Shown: piece by piece, positions 1 through 10,991 of the stretch | How positions within the stretch are numbered: position 1 is the first letter of the stretch | Layout: every line of letters begins with the position of its first letter | DNA from: an uncultured virus (IMG/VR IMGVR_UViG_3300030106_003254) | Taxonomy: Duplodnaviria > Heunggongvirae > Uroviricota > Caudoviricetes | Virus record (IMG/VR): IMGVR_UViG_3300030106_003254 | Length of the DNA: 20,000 nt | Strand: one strand, 5' to 3' | Notes under the pieces: model-generated | Databases searched by the model: none | What the model saw: only the letters and a program-made list of their open reading frames with translations | What the model was told of the DNA's origin: nothing | Made by a program: the position numbers and the translations under genes

Positions 1-2
1 CT

Positions 3-3000
3 GACGAAGAAATTTTACAAGGCATAACACGACGCAAACAATTTCAAACTTTTGATTATAGAAATAGGTTTGAAGAGACACGTAAAAGAGATGCGAGAAT
101 AAATGCCCAATCTCTTGGTAGGAGTACCTACCTCAACGAAGATATTGTTTTTAGTGACGCCGAAAATAATTGGATCAAAAATAATAACGTTAATCAGAAC
201 TTAAGTAATGATTGGGTTATTAGAAGAGGTTTAAATGAAGATGACCCAGAAGACTATGAGGTTAACTATGCGTTAGCCCTTTTAGGTAAAGACGAGTTTT
301 CTAACAGGATTAATGCTCAAGACAACTTAAGTCAGTCCGATAAAAATAGAATTATATCTAACTACAAAAACTACGAGATAGGGGCTTATGAAGATCTTTT
401 TACTAGCATAAGTTCTAAACAAGTAGGTACTACTGGTAACACTTTTCAAGAAGACGAAGATGATGACGAGATCTTGGTGGAGAGCAACCCAATGTTCCTG
501 ACAAAAGATCGTCTAAATAACTACAGAAAAAAAGCTTCCACGGAACCTGACGACATGGAAGCTGTAGTTGATAATATTGTATTGGCTTGGGGAGACAGAA
601 GGGGTTTAAACAAAGAAGAGTTACTTAATCGAGATAACCCTCTAAGAGAAAACATTAAAAATTTTTACAAAGACAGCTTATTAGAACACCGAGAAGTTTG
701 GCAAGACGGTGAAGTAGCTAGACAAAACTCAGCAGGAGAGTGGGTTTTAAATAAGAAATGGACAGGTGATTTATCTTTAACAGAAGAACAAGTTAGGGAA
801 AAAGTTGAGAAGTCTAGTTTAGATATACCTAAAGAAGTTCTTGAATCTTTTTTAATAGAGAAAGGTGTTAAGGATGATGTAGTAGCTCAAAACTTAATAG
901 ATCAAGTCTACATGACGTTTGAGGGAGAACCTTCGTGGTTTACTCCAGCGTTCGCCAAAGAACTATATACTTTCATAGAAGCTAATAAAGACAAGGACTG
1001 GACAGCCAAAGACATTGTACGTGAGTATCAAAAGGAATTTAAAGGTGTAGGGTTTTTTGGGAAGTCTATTGATTTTGTCCAATCAGCAATGACGGGGGCT
1101 GCTTATATATTTGGTGATGCAGCCGCAGGTGGGATAGGAATGGCTAGAAACCTTATGGGTGATAAAGAGGGGGAAGAACTTTTAGCAGCTCGAAGACAGT
1201 TCCAGCAGTCTAAAGATGCTATGGATAAGTTGTCAGGTAATAAATGGGGTTCGATGCTTGGAGGTGAAGCTGCGTTGATTTTAGCTACTTTGGGAGGCTC
1301 TTCAACGTTTAGAGCAGGGAGTGCATTATTTGATCAATCTAGGATTGTTAGGTTAGGTAATAACACTAAGAAACTTAAAGCCGTTAACAAGAGGCTAGAT
1401 GGCATTGCGAATAATTTGGAGAATGGAGACATCCTAAATGATATTGGTAAGCTTAAAAGGTTTACTAATCGAGTTGCAGGAGAGACTTATGCAGGACTAC
1501 AAGCCTCTCGTTCTATGACAGGTTTTTATTCTGACTCATACTTTACCCGTAAAGAAAACCTTATGTCTGAGGGTATGGACGAAGATGAGGCAGGAGACTT
1601 AGCTAGCAGAACTTCTATAGGGCCTTCACTTCTAGCAGGTGCCGTTACTTGGGGTCTGATGAAACTTATACCGGGCGGTGCCGAGGATGCTTTTACAAAC
1701 TTTAGCACACTCACTACAAAACAACTAGCTGCTAAAATGAACATATCTCCCAAGAAGCTTGGTGAGTTATTAAAGAATGATAAGTTTAAAGATGCAGCAA
1801 AAGGATTTTTAAGAGAACAAGGACGTTTAAAAACTTTAACTTCAAGCGGAGCTGGCGGGTTTATTGTAGGGGGTGTAAAAGAGTCTGTAGAAGAAGGTTT
1901 AGATGAATTTTTCCAAGGCGTAAACGCCATGGTTACTTATAACCAAGAGTTAACTATGGACGACGTTTTGTCGGGAGCTTTTGAGGGGGCTATTGTCGGA
2001 GGTATTCTAGGTGCGAGTATTAGTGGTCCGATATCTTTAAGGAATAGAAATATCTCGCAATTTGATCCTGAGATACAAGCGCGTGTACAGAGGTTAAATG
2101 ACTTAGCGGTTCAGCTAGAAACTACCAACCCTGAAACAGCCCAAGCGTTAAATGAGAAGCAGGAAGAGCTAATTAATAACGCAGAGTCAACATTGGAGCC
2201 TGTTTCAGAAGAAGAGATAGCGTCTGAAGTAGAAGAGTTGCAAGAAGCTCAAGCTTCTGTTTTTAACGAAAGTTTAAATAAAGCACAGGAAATAATCGCA
2301 GGTGATGGCACTAATACAGAAAAAGCTGAAGCTTTGAATAGCCTAGCTGCTGAGATATACCCAACTTTTCAAGATAACGTAGGTTTATTTAAAACCTTTA
2401 GAGACAGGGTTAGTGCTAGTTCTGGGGGAGACATAAGAAATGCTGGTTTGTTTCCAGACGCAGATACTTTAGCTCTACAAGCTTTAACTGAAAGTTTAAA
2501 TCAAGATGGAGTTACTCCACAGGGAACTCCTACCAAACGTTTTATAATACCTAAAGCTAGGTCTATACTGAGTGCAGCCGACGATTCTAATGACCAAGTA
2601 GATACAAATTTGTTAGGGGCATTGGATGTAGCCTTGTCATTGCCTGAAGCTGAAATGTTTTTAAACCGAAGGGCGGGCGTTAAATCTAATAAGGATGGGG
2701 CAATCACAAAAAGACTAAACGGATTTTTAAATACATTCAACAGTACTTTAGATAGTTTTAATAATGCGGTCGAAGCAAGTCGTTTAGATCCTCAAAATGC
2801 AGAAAAACTTGATGCGATTACTAGAGCAGCTAATCAATTTAGAGAAGCTATAAAGTCTTTTTATAAGACTTCTAGGCAAAGTTATAATAGAACCCTTAAG
2901 AAGACTTATAAAGAAGTCCCTTCAAGGAACACTATTATAACCTCTGCACAAGAAGGAGAAGCGGTTCCCATAGCTAATATTTTAAACTACGTAGACACTA

Positions 3001-6000
3001 AAAATAAATTTTTAGACCTACCTACCTTTGAAAAATTAAATGTGACTTCAGCTATCCCCGGGGATGCTTTTACTTCTCTCAGCGCAGAAGATAATATTTT
3101 TATTAACGAGATAGAAAACTTAGAAGGTTTTTCTGAAGTAGATCGCTCTAATGAACAACAGCTAGAAGAGTTTATAGAACGAGCGGCCAATGAACTTGAA
3201 GTTACAGACCCTTCTGTTAAAGCTTACGCATTTAATAGACTTGTAGAGAGAGTAAGCACACGACCAACAACTCCTACGGAAACACCTGTAGAGCCCACAG
3301 ATGAGGATCTTACAACTGATTCTTTCCGCAACTGGGTTATAAACACTAAGGGAATAGATGTAAACGAGGTAACTAACATGGATCAAGCTATTGCGTTGTG
3401 GGAAGAGTTTTCGTCAGAAGTCGCCCAAGACTTAGATCCATCTCAAGCAGGTAGGGATATAAGAAATGTCTTTGGTACGTTTGGTGTAGATCAAACACCC
3501 GCTCAAGAAGATATGGGTGAAGAGTCTACTGTAGAAGACCCAGAGTTAACTGAAGAAACACAACCACCTTCTGTTGAGCAAGATGTAATAGAAACATTGC
3601 TTGATGTAGATTCCGCGAAAGAAATAAAGGACTTAATAGATGAAGCTGCTGAGATAAGGCAGCCCGGAGATTTAGAAGCATTAAAAGATACTGTCAATTT
3701 TATTGGCGATTTTTTTAGTTCTATCGATGTTGGACAAACTTTAGGGTCTGTAACCAATACAAACGATCTTTTAGGACTTGAAGACGTAGCTACTTTAAAA
3801 GCTGAGGTAGATAGCGATCTAGAAGCTATACTTAAATATTATAATACCCTTACTAAAAGAAAATTAAATATCCCCAACCTTTTAGACATAAGAACTGAAG
3901 AGCAGTTAGCAGATGTAGAGGATAAGTATATGGTATCTTTACAAGATGCTACTACGATAGGTAAAGAAAACGGGGCTGAAATACACGCTAAGTTTATGTC
4001 AGGTCAGGGAGTGTATTTGACACCATCTTCTTTTGTCTATGCTACGGGAGAGAAAGCAAATCAAAGTCGCAGACGATTTGGTTCTAATGAAAAAAACATG
4101 GCTCTAAAAAATAACAAGGCTTTACGAGAAAAATATCCAATTATAGAAGAGGTACCTGAAGGAACTGTAGTTAAAAAGATTTCTATACAAGGTTTGAGGG
4201 ATAAATATTCAGGAAAGAATGTCAGTTACAAAGAACTTGTAGAGACCGATAGGTCGTCAGTAATCCTAGGTAAAAATCCTTTGTTGTATAAGTATTTTTT
4301 AGTTTTAGACGGCAATGGAGAGTTTGTGTTTACAAATAACCCTTACACAGTGGCCGCTTGGTTTTCGTACTCACCTAAAAAGGGTGAAAGGTCTGGCCCT
4401 ATTGAGATACCTAAAGGGTTTGATATAGATCAACTAAACCCCGCTTTTATAAGAGATAAAAACAACACAGGAAATAAAATTATAGGAGTCAGAGTTAATT
4501 TCCCAAGTTTATCAAAGCCCAACGAATTAGCTGTAGTCGAGGCGGGAGGCACTTCGTTAGCAGATCTCCACGCTAAAAACGCTAAAAATGAAGGAGGTAA
4601 AAAAAGGAAAGGAACTACACAGCCTTACAACCAAGAGTTAGACAAACTGATAGAAGCTTTTGGGGCAACTCCTGACCCAGATCAAAAAATTACACTAACC
4701 CCGGAAGAGTATAAGTGGTTAGGTTTACCTGAAGATTCTAGGCAGAGTATGCTCATGGCTTTAGAGACTGCGTGGAATAGAAACACTGAAAGTGCTAGGT
4801 TAAAAGGTTTGGAGCGTGTTGAGGTACAAGGTAAAAGAAAGTTTATGGCAAGAGCTTTGTTGTCTATCCTTAAAACTAGAATAGCAAAACAAGCTGGAGG
4901 AAACATTGGGGATGCAGAGAATTTAAGAGCTCTATGGACTCGTTTTGAGTTAAACTTTAATGAGTATAGCTACACAAAAGCGTTTAAAGATTTAGTAAAT
5001 AAATACCCAAGTAAGGCACCTATACTAGGCGATTTAGGTATTGTAGGTCTTTTCTCTACAGAAAATACCGCTAAATCAGAATTAAAATATATAGGAGACT
5101 ACCAAACAGAAGGTTTAGAAGGTAATTGGGGTAATGTTGAAGAGTTAATATCCAGAACCGTCTCGAAAGAAGGTACAGGAACACGCGCTAAAAGACATAC
5201 TACCCCTATAAATGAAGCCAGTATGTCAATGGTTTCTAAAGCTTTTGAAGATGTATCAAACACACCTTTTGATGGCCTTACTGATAAGACTCGTAGAAAG
5301 ATTAAAGCTTCGGTACGTAAAGAGATCGAAGAGTTAGGTTTAGTTGATGGAGATCCTGAGTCACTTAGAGTAGCTTTAAACCGTATCGTGATAGGGGCTC
5401 AAGAAGGTAAGTACCTTGAGAACTACGGAAACGTAGCTAAGATGCTTCTAGATAGTGGGCTAGACTTAAGTAATATAAACTTTAAGATAGGTATCGAAGC
5501 CAAAGTAGCTGGATATTATAAACCTAATAAGACAGGTTCTGGAGGAGAGATCGCCATAAGTAACAATATCGATAATGGTAGAGGTGTTCACGATTTAGTT
5601 ACACACGAAATATTACACAGTGTTTTAGATAACATCATATCAAACCCATCCCCGGAACAAGAGATAGCCATACTTGCTATAGATACTCTTATTGATAAAG
5701 GTCGTATTTACTTTGAAGATTTCGTAGCTAACAGACGTGGAGGAGCGAGAAGGGCTTTTTGGCAAGCTGCTGCTGAATCAGCAGACTTTGACATAGAAGT
5801 TATCAAAAGGTTGGTAGATGAAAGTAACTCTCCTATTAAAGAAGAACTCAATCTAGATAATGATACTCCTTCTGATTTAGACTACAGAAACATATACAGG
5901 AACATTCGTGTCGAAGAACTAAAAGGAGCAGCTTACTACGACGATGTTTCACAACTTAGACACGCTTTCGGTGTTAACCCTGATGGAACATTTAGAGACA

Positions 6001-9000
6001 CTGTAAGTACTAGAAAAGAGTTTATAGCTCATTTTCTTACAGACCCTACAGTTACTTGGTTTTTAAGTGAGACAGATCGTTTAAGTTCATCAGGAACTTT
6101 ATTAGATAAACTTATTAGGGGTGTCAACAGGGCTATAACTTTGAGTCCACCAGATGAGAGAGAATCTTTCCTCAGAATATTTTTAAGTAAAACTGATGGT
6201 AGTGAGAACTACATAGACTTAGCTACTATTAAAAACATAAGAGACATTACAGGTCTCAGCGAGCAAGACATCGAAGACGCTAGGAACTACAGAGAGTCTG
6301 TAGCAGCTTTTACAGGAGAGCCTATTTCGTATTCTGAATCTCAGGAAGTTATTGATTACTGGGATTCTTTAAACACTAACTCTCCGGCAAGAACTGTAGC
6401 GGCAGCTTTCAACGTGTCTATAGTTCCTTCTGATAATGTGGGAACTCCCGAAGTATATGATTCAAACGTAGTTATGGTGCCTAAAGGGTACTACCCAGAA
6501 GTTGAACGAGATATACTATCTAAAGTAGTTGAAACCGCATATACACAGAGTTACGCAACTGGTAGACGTACTCAAGTCGCTGGAGGGTTTGTTCAAAGTT
6601 CTCCAGACTCAGCCGATACAATCTCCAATATGATGGAAACAGCAGGCTCTTTTGAGGGTTTGATGGGCGACTTAGTTGCAGATGCTTACTATGGAAAAGA
6701 AAGTTCCGAAGAATTAGGGTACGGATACCCTTTAAGTAGTTTAAGAAACCATATACTTGCAGGAAACTTTGGTCAGAGAGTTGCTAGTCAGCTAGATCAA
6801 ATTATGGGGGCTATGGATAACATTATTCCGAATGCCCGAAAGTATGCTGATGACGCTTTTATAAATGGAAACAATTCTTTTCACCGCGTAACCGCAGCTA
6901 CCGCCATAAGAAAATTTAATTTAAACGTTAGCCCAGACAGTTACATAGATTTATTCAAAACTGCTGTAGAGACTAGGACTTCATTTGAAGACCTATTAGA
7001 TGAAAACTTTATTGTAGAAGAGGATAGGAATGATTTAGAAAAAATAAAAGAATATCACATAGAGCAGCTTAATAAGTACAGCGAAAGTTCTGACCCTGAC
7101 ACAGTAGCTGCCGCAGCATTAGAAAAAGATTTGTTAGGGTTAACTTCAAACACTTCTTTCTCCGAAGCACAGACAGCTTTTGAACCAGATGAAGATCAAA
7201 AACGACGGGGGAGTATTTTTAGTAGGCTGTTTAAAATACCTCAAGATCCTAAGAACAAGTTTGAAAAAGGAGACCCATTACCACTAGCTGCTGATTATTT
7301 GGGCGTTGTTTCAGCGGGAGCTACTTTGGATACTAAAGGTAAAGAAACTTTGGTAAGAAAATTTCTTGGTAGAAATAACTTAGTCATTAAAAACTTAGAT
7401 AGGTTTTTACAGGGTATGTCTGTTTCTGGTAGAGCAGGAGCAGTTTTTCAAAAACAAAGCCAAGAACTTAGAAATAATTTAAGTAAGCGTACTGTACAGG
7501 CTAGAAACTTCGACTTATCAATAAGAAGTTTAATTGCTAAAGGAACAGGCGATAAAGAGTTTAAACAGCTAGATAAGTTAGCAAGCGGATATAAAGATGT
7601 TTTCCTAGAGAGAACTTGGGGAGTAGACTCCGCTGGAGAACAGTTAGCCCAAGACATTAACACAACTCTTGGAACCACAGATGATGACGCTATTGTAGAC
7701 GAGTTTATTAGAGAGACTGATTACACAAACGACCCTAACTATGCTTTAAATCTAAGAGACGAGCGGAATAAAAAGATAAAAATTGCTTCAGGTATAAAAG
7801 CTCGGAAGAGCTTACAGGCAGACAAGATCGAAAAAGAAGATGGTAACCCTGACCGTGCCGATAAGATTCGATCAGAGGCTAGGGCAGAAATGAATAAACA
7901 AGTAGATGAGGCTAACGATGCTTATCATTCTTTGTGGGTAGACTTGTATAAAGCGGCTGCTGATCATTTTAGAGAAAAACAAGAAGTAGCTTTTAGACGT
8001 GTTAAGCAATTTGATGAATATATAAACCAAGACAAAGAATTAACTAAAGATAATTCTTTGTATGTAAACCTTCGTCAGTTAAGAGGAGTTGTAACTGATC
8101 TACAAAAAGATATAACTAAAGACTCTCTATTAGCAGATGTGTTAGGTAATAATCTACCTAGAAACTTGAGAGCTAAGTTAGGGGCAAGTGAAGATGTCTA
8201 CTTAACTAAAACATACCAAGCTCTAGATAACTCAAGAGGTTATGGAGATTGGATTCAATCTGTCGATGAAGAAGCACAAGAAAGGTACAGAGTAGGTTTT
8301 GATTATTTCGCAGATCAAATTGCTGAAGAACAAACTGATAAACTCAAACCAGAAGAAAACAATCTAAGTAGGGTTTTTGTTAAAAACGCTTTGAGAAAGC
8401 AAGTAGACTCCCAAGAAGTTAAACTACGATTACAGAACTTCTTAGAGAGTTTCCAAAGATCTCCAAGGGGAACTACTTTAGGTCTAAGTAACCCTAAAGT
8501 TTTAGCCCCAAGAAAACCTATAGACGCTCCTTTAAGAAAGTTTGTAGGAGAATACGAAGATAATATTTATAATGCTTCTAGAACTTTAACGACTTTAAGT
8601 GCCTTAGTTGAAAACAATAGATTTTTAAATAACATAAAAACTTCTCTAGAGTCTGCACAAGCAAAAGCTAGAGAAGATGGTAACCGAGATGTAGTATTTA
8701 TCACAGATAAAGCTGCCGTAGCCCAGAACAACGGGCTTGTTAAGTTTCATATAGCAGATCGTAAAGGTTTAGTTTCTAGAGAACAGCTTGGACCGCTAGC
8801 CGATTTATATGCCCCTAGCTATATAGTTGAGGGTATACAAGGTTTGGGTAGAAAAGATCCGGGAGAGGTATTGACTCTAGCTATGCGGACAGCTTCTTGG
8901 ACTATGGCTAACTTAACATCCAGAAGACCTAGAACTCACGTAAGAAACTTTTTAGGAAACCCGATGTTCTTAGTTGCGTCAGGTATGCCATTAAATGCTA

Positions 9001-10991
9001 TAGGGCACATTTTCCGCCCACTGTTGTCAACTGTAAGAGCTGATAAAACGCCTTTTGTGGGAAGGTTTTTAGGTAGATCAGCGGGAGGGCAGGCTTTTAG
9101 AGACGCCTTAGCTCACTCAATGGGGGTTAATGATGACAGTATGATAAGAAAGTTATTAGGAACTTCTGAAGGGCCTTTATCAGTACGCAGTGAAGAAGTC
9201 ACGAAACTTAGAGATAGGTGGGCAGAGCTCGGTGTTACTAACCAAGATTTAATTTCTAATATAAGACAAGAGTTGGCTGAAGCGATGGGGGTAGAAAACA
9301 TAGACCCGGTACTAGGTTTATCTAGCCCGGGTAAAGGTGTTGGTGAGTTAGGTAAGAAATGGAGACAAATTGATGGGGTATTGAATCAATTATATGCCGC
9401 TGAAGACGAATACTGGAAAATCACTGCGTTTGAAGGTCAGTTAAATAAATTAGCCAGTGTGTTTGGGCTTAGTAACAAACCCGTCAACACTGAAATAATA
9501 TATGGGCCATTAGTTCTTAGGGAGAAGTTGAGTCAAATGACTGAGGAGCAAGCTAATAATATTCTTGGAACTTACAAAGCAAACACTCCGACGGAAGTTG
9601 AATTGAGGAAGATTGATCCTAAAGCGGCTGCTATAGACGCTTTAGAGAAAGCCGCTGCTGAAAATGTTAGGTTAACTATGCCTAACTATTCAAATACAAT
9701 AGATTATATCCGAAGACTGAAGAAACTAAACTTAAACGCTTTAGTCGCTCCGTTCATTTCATTCCAAGCTGAGATGCTACGTATTATGTTCCAAACACCT
9801 ACGATGGTTGTAGATGAACTTAAGTTAGCTAATGATTTAAGGGCTAGAGGTTTGACTAACGAAGCTAGTAAAATGGCGTCGATGGCTTTTAACAGAGGTG
9901 CTTGGTACGGCATTTCTACCGCAGCCGGAGCTAAAGGAGTCTCTCTTTTGGCTACTACAATATTTACAGTATTTGAAGGTATTAAACAGTTCATGTCTGA
10001 AGATGATGAGGAGTTTAACTTTGATGCCGTCTTGAAAGAAAGATTAGCTATGGCTGTTAATGGTCAGCTAGAAAAAGATACACAGCGTTTTCTAACGAGT
10101 TGGTACAGGCGAGGACATATAGCCGTCCTAGATATAGACAGAGAAAAAGGTAAAACAACGTGGTCTGACATATCTCATTTGGTGCCTCAGTCAGATGTTA
10201 CGGCTCCGATAGCAAACTTACTAGCTTCTTTCCAAGGTACAGTCGATGAGTCTGTCAGAAGAAATCTTTTTGAAGGTATGGTAGAGACTATAGGTCCTTA
10301 CTTCGCTAAACAGATATGGCTTCAAGCTATCTTAGGAACAGATTCTAGAGATAGTACTCTTCAGGAAATCAATCAAAACTTTATACCAATCGGTTTAAGT
10401 GACAGAATTCTAACGACTGCTAAAACTGCCATACCCGGATTTGCTACAGACGCTTATTCGCTTTTAAAGGCGATGTCTAAAGGAGAGACTACTGTAAGAG
10501 GGAGGGTTATAACACCTTTCCAAGAATTTATGAGTGCTGGTCTGGGTCAGAAAGTTATAACTTCTGACATGAAAGATCGATTGAACCGTAGATTAAAATT
10601 CACAGCAGCGGGTTTAAGAGATGCTAAGACTGGTTTTAGAGACGTCATAAGGGGAGGTACCACAACAACTCCTGACGAAGTCGAAGCAGAAACCTTAAAG
10701 TGGCAGCAAAATAGACAAGAATTTATTCGCCGAGCCTATAAAGATATACTTGCAGCTAAAAGAACTCACTTGACTGAAGAAGATGTCGAAATGGTTCTCG
10801 AAGAAAGTAGCTTGAGCTCCAGCGATAAAGACATGATATTTAACGGATACTACACACCATCTTATTTGACGGGAACTGATTACAAAGATGGCGAAGCACA
10901 AGATAAAGAATTTGGTACTTCAAGTATCCCCGCCGCAGAAAAAATATTAAACGATTACAAAGAAATAACTTTCGATGAGCAAGAAGACTAA
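3..10991 (+). CDS. Giant Cys-free virion/ejection-type (large polyvalent-like) protein with internal HEXXH zincin domain; 5'-partial, at least 3662 aa
   Basis: The frame is open from nt 3 (DEEILQGITRRKQF...) into the listed ORF at 474, so the TTG at 474 is unlikely to be the true start. The N-terminal part has Gly/Ala-rich hydrophobic segments and KESVEEGLDEFFQG. HEILH lies at 5604-5618, preceded by GYY...IAI and followed by EFIAHFLTDP at 6018. C-terminal motifs THVRNFLGN, EDEYWKITAF, TMPNYS and PFISFQAEMLR resemble large phage internal virion proteins. No Cys was seen. Confidence 0.8.
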   Translation, partial: DEEILQGITRRKQFQTFDYRNRFEETRKRDARINAQSLGRSTYLNEDIVFSDAENNWIKNNNVNQNLSNDWVIRRGLNEDDPEDYEVNYALALLGKDEFSNRINAQDNLSQSDKNRIISNYKNYEIGAYEDLFTSISSKQVGTTGNTFQEDEDDDEILVESNPMFLTKDRLNNYRKKASTEPDDMEAVVDNIVLAWGDRRGLNKEELLNRDNPLRENIKNFYKDSLLEHREVWQDGEVARQNSAGEWVLNKKWTGDLSLTEEQVREKVEKSSLDIPKEVLESFLIEKGVKDDVVAQNLIDQVYMTFEGEPSWFTPAFAKELYTFIEANKDKDWTAKDIVREYQKEFKGVGFFGKSIDFVQSAMTGAAYIFGDAAAGGIGMARNLMGDKEGEELLAARRQFQQSKDAMDKLSGNKWGSMLGGEAALILATLGGSSTFRAGSALFDQSRIVRLGNNTKKLKAVNKRLDGIANNLENGDILNDIGKLKRFTNRVAGETYAGLQASRSMTGFYSDSYFTRKENLMSEGMDEDEAGDLASRTSIGPSLLAGAVTWGLMKLIPGGAEDAFTNFSTLTTKQLAAKMNISPKKLGELLKNDKFKDAAKGFLREQGRLKTLTSSGAGGFIVGGVKESVEEGLDEFFQGVNAMVTYNQELTMDDVLSGAFEGAIVGGILGASISGPISLRNRNISQFDPEIQARVQRLNDLAVQLETTNPETAQALNEKQEELINNAESTLEPVSEEEIASEVEELQEAQASVFNESLNKAQEIIAGDGTNTEKAEALNSLAAEIYPTFQDNVGLFKTFRDRVSASSGGDIRNAGLFPDADTLALQALTESLNQDGVTPQGTPTKRFIIPKARSILSAADDSNDQVDTNLLGALDVALSLPEAEMFLNRRAGVKSNKDGAITKRLNGFLNTFNSTLDSFNNAVEASRLDPQNAEKLDAITRAANQFREAIKSFYKTSRQSYNRTLKKTYKEVPSRNTIITSAQEGEAVPIANILNYVDTKNKFLDLPTFEKLNVTSAIPGDAFTSLSAEDNIFINEIENLEGFSEVDRSNEQQLEEFIERAANELEVTDPSVKAYAFNRLVERVSTRPTTPTETPVEPTDEDLTTDSFRNWVINTKGIDVNEVTNMDQAIALWEEFSSEVAQDLDPSQAGRDIRNVFGTFGVDQTPAQEDMGEESTVEDPELTEETQPPSVEQDVIETLLDVDSAKEIKDLIDEAAEIRQPGDLEALKDTVNFIGDFFSSIDVGQTLGSVTNTNDLLGLEDVATLKAEVDSDLEAILKYYNTLTKRKLNIPNLLDIRTEEQLADVEDKYMVSLQDATTIGKENGAEIHAKFMSGQGVYLTPSSFVYATGEKANQSRRRFGSNEKNMALKNNKALREKYPIIEEVPEGTVVKKISIQGLRDKYSGKNVSYKELVETDRSSVILGKNPLLYKYFLVLDGNGEFVFTNNPYTVAAWFSYSPKKGERSGPIEIPKGFDIDQLNPAFIRDKNNTGNKIIGVRVNFPSLSKPNELAVVEAGGTSLADLHAKNAKNEGGKKRKGTTQPYNQELDKLIEAFGATPDPDQKITLTPEEYKWLGLPEDSRQSMLMALETAWNRNTESARLKGLERVEVQGKRKFMARALLSILKTRIAKQAGGNIGDAENLRALWTRFELNFNEYSYTKAFKDLVNKYPSKAPILGDLGIVGLFSTENTAKSELKYIGDYQTEGLEGNWGNVEELISRTVSKEGTGTRAKRHTTPINEASMSMVSKAFEDVSNTPFDGLTDKTRRKIKASVRKEIEELGLVDGDPESLRVALNRIVIGAQEGKYLENYGNVAKMLLDSGLDLSNINFKIGIEAKVAGYYKPNKTGSGGEIAISNNIDNGRGVHDLVTHEILHSVLDNIISNPSPEQEIAILAIDTLIDKGRIYFEDFVANRRGGARRAFWQAAAESADFDIEVIKRLVDESNSPIKEELNLDNDTPSDLDYRNIYRNIRVEELKGAAYYDDVSQLRHAFGVNPDGTFRDTVSTRKEFIAHFLTDPTVTWFLSETDRLSSSGTLLDKLIRGVNRAITLSPPDERESFLRIFLSKTDGSENYIDLATIKNIRDITGLSEQDIEDARNYRESVAAFTGEPISYSESQEVIDYWDSLNTNSPARTVAAAFNVSIVPSDNVGTPEVYDSNVVMVPKGYYPEVERDILSKVVETAYTQSYATGRRTQVAGGFVQSSPDSADTISNMMETAGSFEGLMGDLVADAYYGKESSEELGYGYPLSSLRNHILAGNFGQRVASQLDQIMGAMDNIIPNARKYADDAFINGNNSFHRVTAATAIRKFNLNVSPDSYIDLFKTAVETRTSFEDLLDENFIVEEDRNDLEKIKEYHIEQLNKYSESSDPDTVAAAALEKDLLGLTSNTSFSEAQTAFEPDEDQKRRGSIFSRLFKIPQDPKNKFEKGDPLPLAADYLGVVSAGATLDTKGKETLVRKFLGRNNLVIKNLDRFLQGMSVSGRAGAVFQKQSQELRNNLSKRTVQARNFDLSIRSLIAKGTGDKEFKQLDKLASGYKDVFLERTWGVDSAGEQLAQDINTTLGTTDDDAIVDEFIRETDYTNDPNYALNLRDERNKKIKIASGIKARKSLQADKIEKEDGNPDRADKIRSEARAEMNKQVDEANDAYHSLWVDLYKAAADHFREKQEVAFRRVKQFDEYINQDKELTKDNSLYVNLRQLRGVVTDLQKDITKDSLLADVLGNNLPRNLRAKLGASEDVYLTKTYQALDNSRGYGDWIQSVDEEAQERYRVGFDYFADQIAEEQTDKLKPEENNLSRVFVKNALRKQVDSQEVKLRLQNFLESFQRSPRGTTLGLSNPKVLAPRKPIDAPLRKFVGEYEDNIYNASRTLTTLSALVENNRFLNNIKTSLESAQAKAREDGNRDVVFITDKAAVAQNNGLVKFHIADRKGLVSREQLGPLADLYAPSYIVEGIQGLGRKDPGEVLTLAMRTASWTMANLTSRRPRTHVRNFLGNPMFLVASGMPLNAIGHIFRPLLSTVRADKTPFVGRFLGRSAGGQAFRDALAHSMGVNDDSMIRKLLGTSEGPLSVRSEEVTKLRDRWAELGVTNQDLISNIRQELAEAMGVENIDPVLGLSSPGKGVGELGKKWRQIDGVLNQLYAAEDEYWKITAFEGQLNKLASVFGLSNKPVNTEIIYGPLVLREKLSQMTEEQANNILGTYKANTPTEVELRKIDPKAAAIDALEKAAAENVRLTMPNYSNTIDYIRRLKKLNLNALVAPFISFQAEMLRIMFQTPTMVVDELKLANDLRARGLTNEASKMASMAFNRGAWYGISTAAGAKGVSLLATTIFTVFEGIKQFMSEDDEEFNFDAVLKERLAMAVNGQLEKDTQRFLTSWYRRGHIAVLDIDREKGKTTWSDISHLVPQSDVTAPIANLLASFQGTVDESVRRNLFEGMVETIGPYFAKQIWLQAILGTDSRDSTLQEINQNFIPIGLSDRILTTAKTAIPGFATDAYSLLKAMSKGETTVRGRVITPFQEFMSAGLGQKVITSDMKDRLNRRLKFTAAGLRDAKTGFRDVIRGGTTTTPDEVEAETLKWQQNRQEFIRRAYKDILAAKRTHLTEEDVEMVLEESSLSSSDKDMIFNGYYTPSYLTGTDYKDGEAQDKEFGTSSIPAAEKILNDYKEITFDEQED

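Noticed and set aside
474..476. TTG start of the giant ORF in the ORF track
   Set aside because: The frame is open to the window edge with the same composition, so the gene is 5'-truncated.
5781..5798. ADFDIE resembles the DFDID/DFDGD catalytic loop of crAss-like two-barrel virion RNA polymerases
   Set aside because: The third Asp is Glu, and the motif lies between the HEXXH and the distal Glu of the zincin domain. No other RNAP motifs were recognised, so it is probably chance; a structure search would settle it.
1526..10901. Minus-strand ORFs inside the giant gene
   Set aside because: Antisense shadows (Ser/Phe/Leu-rich) with no motifs, fully nested in a strong coding frame.
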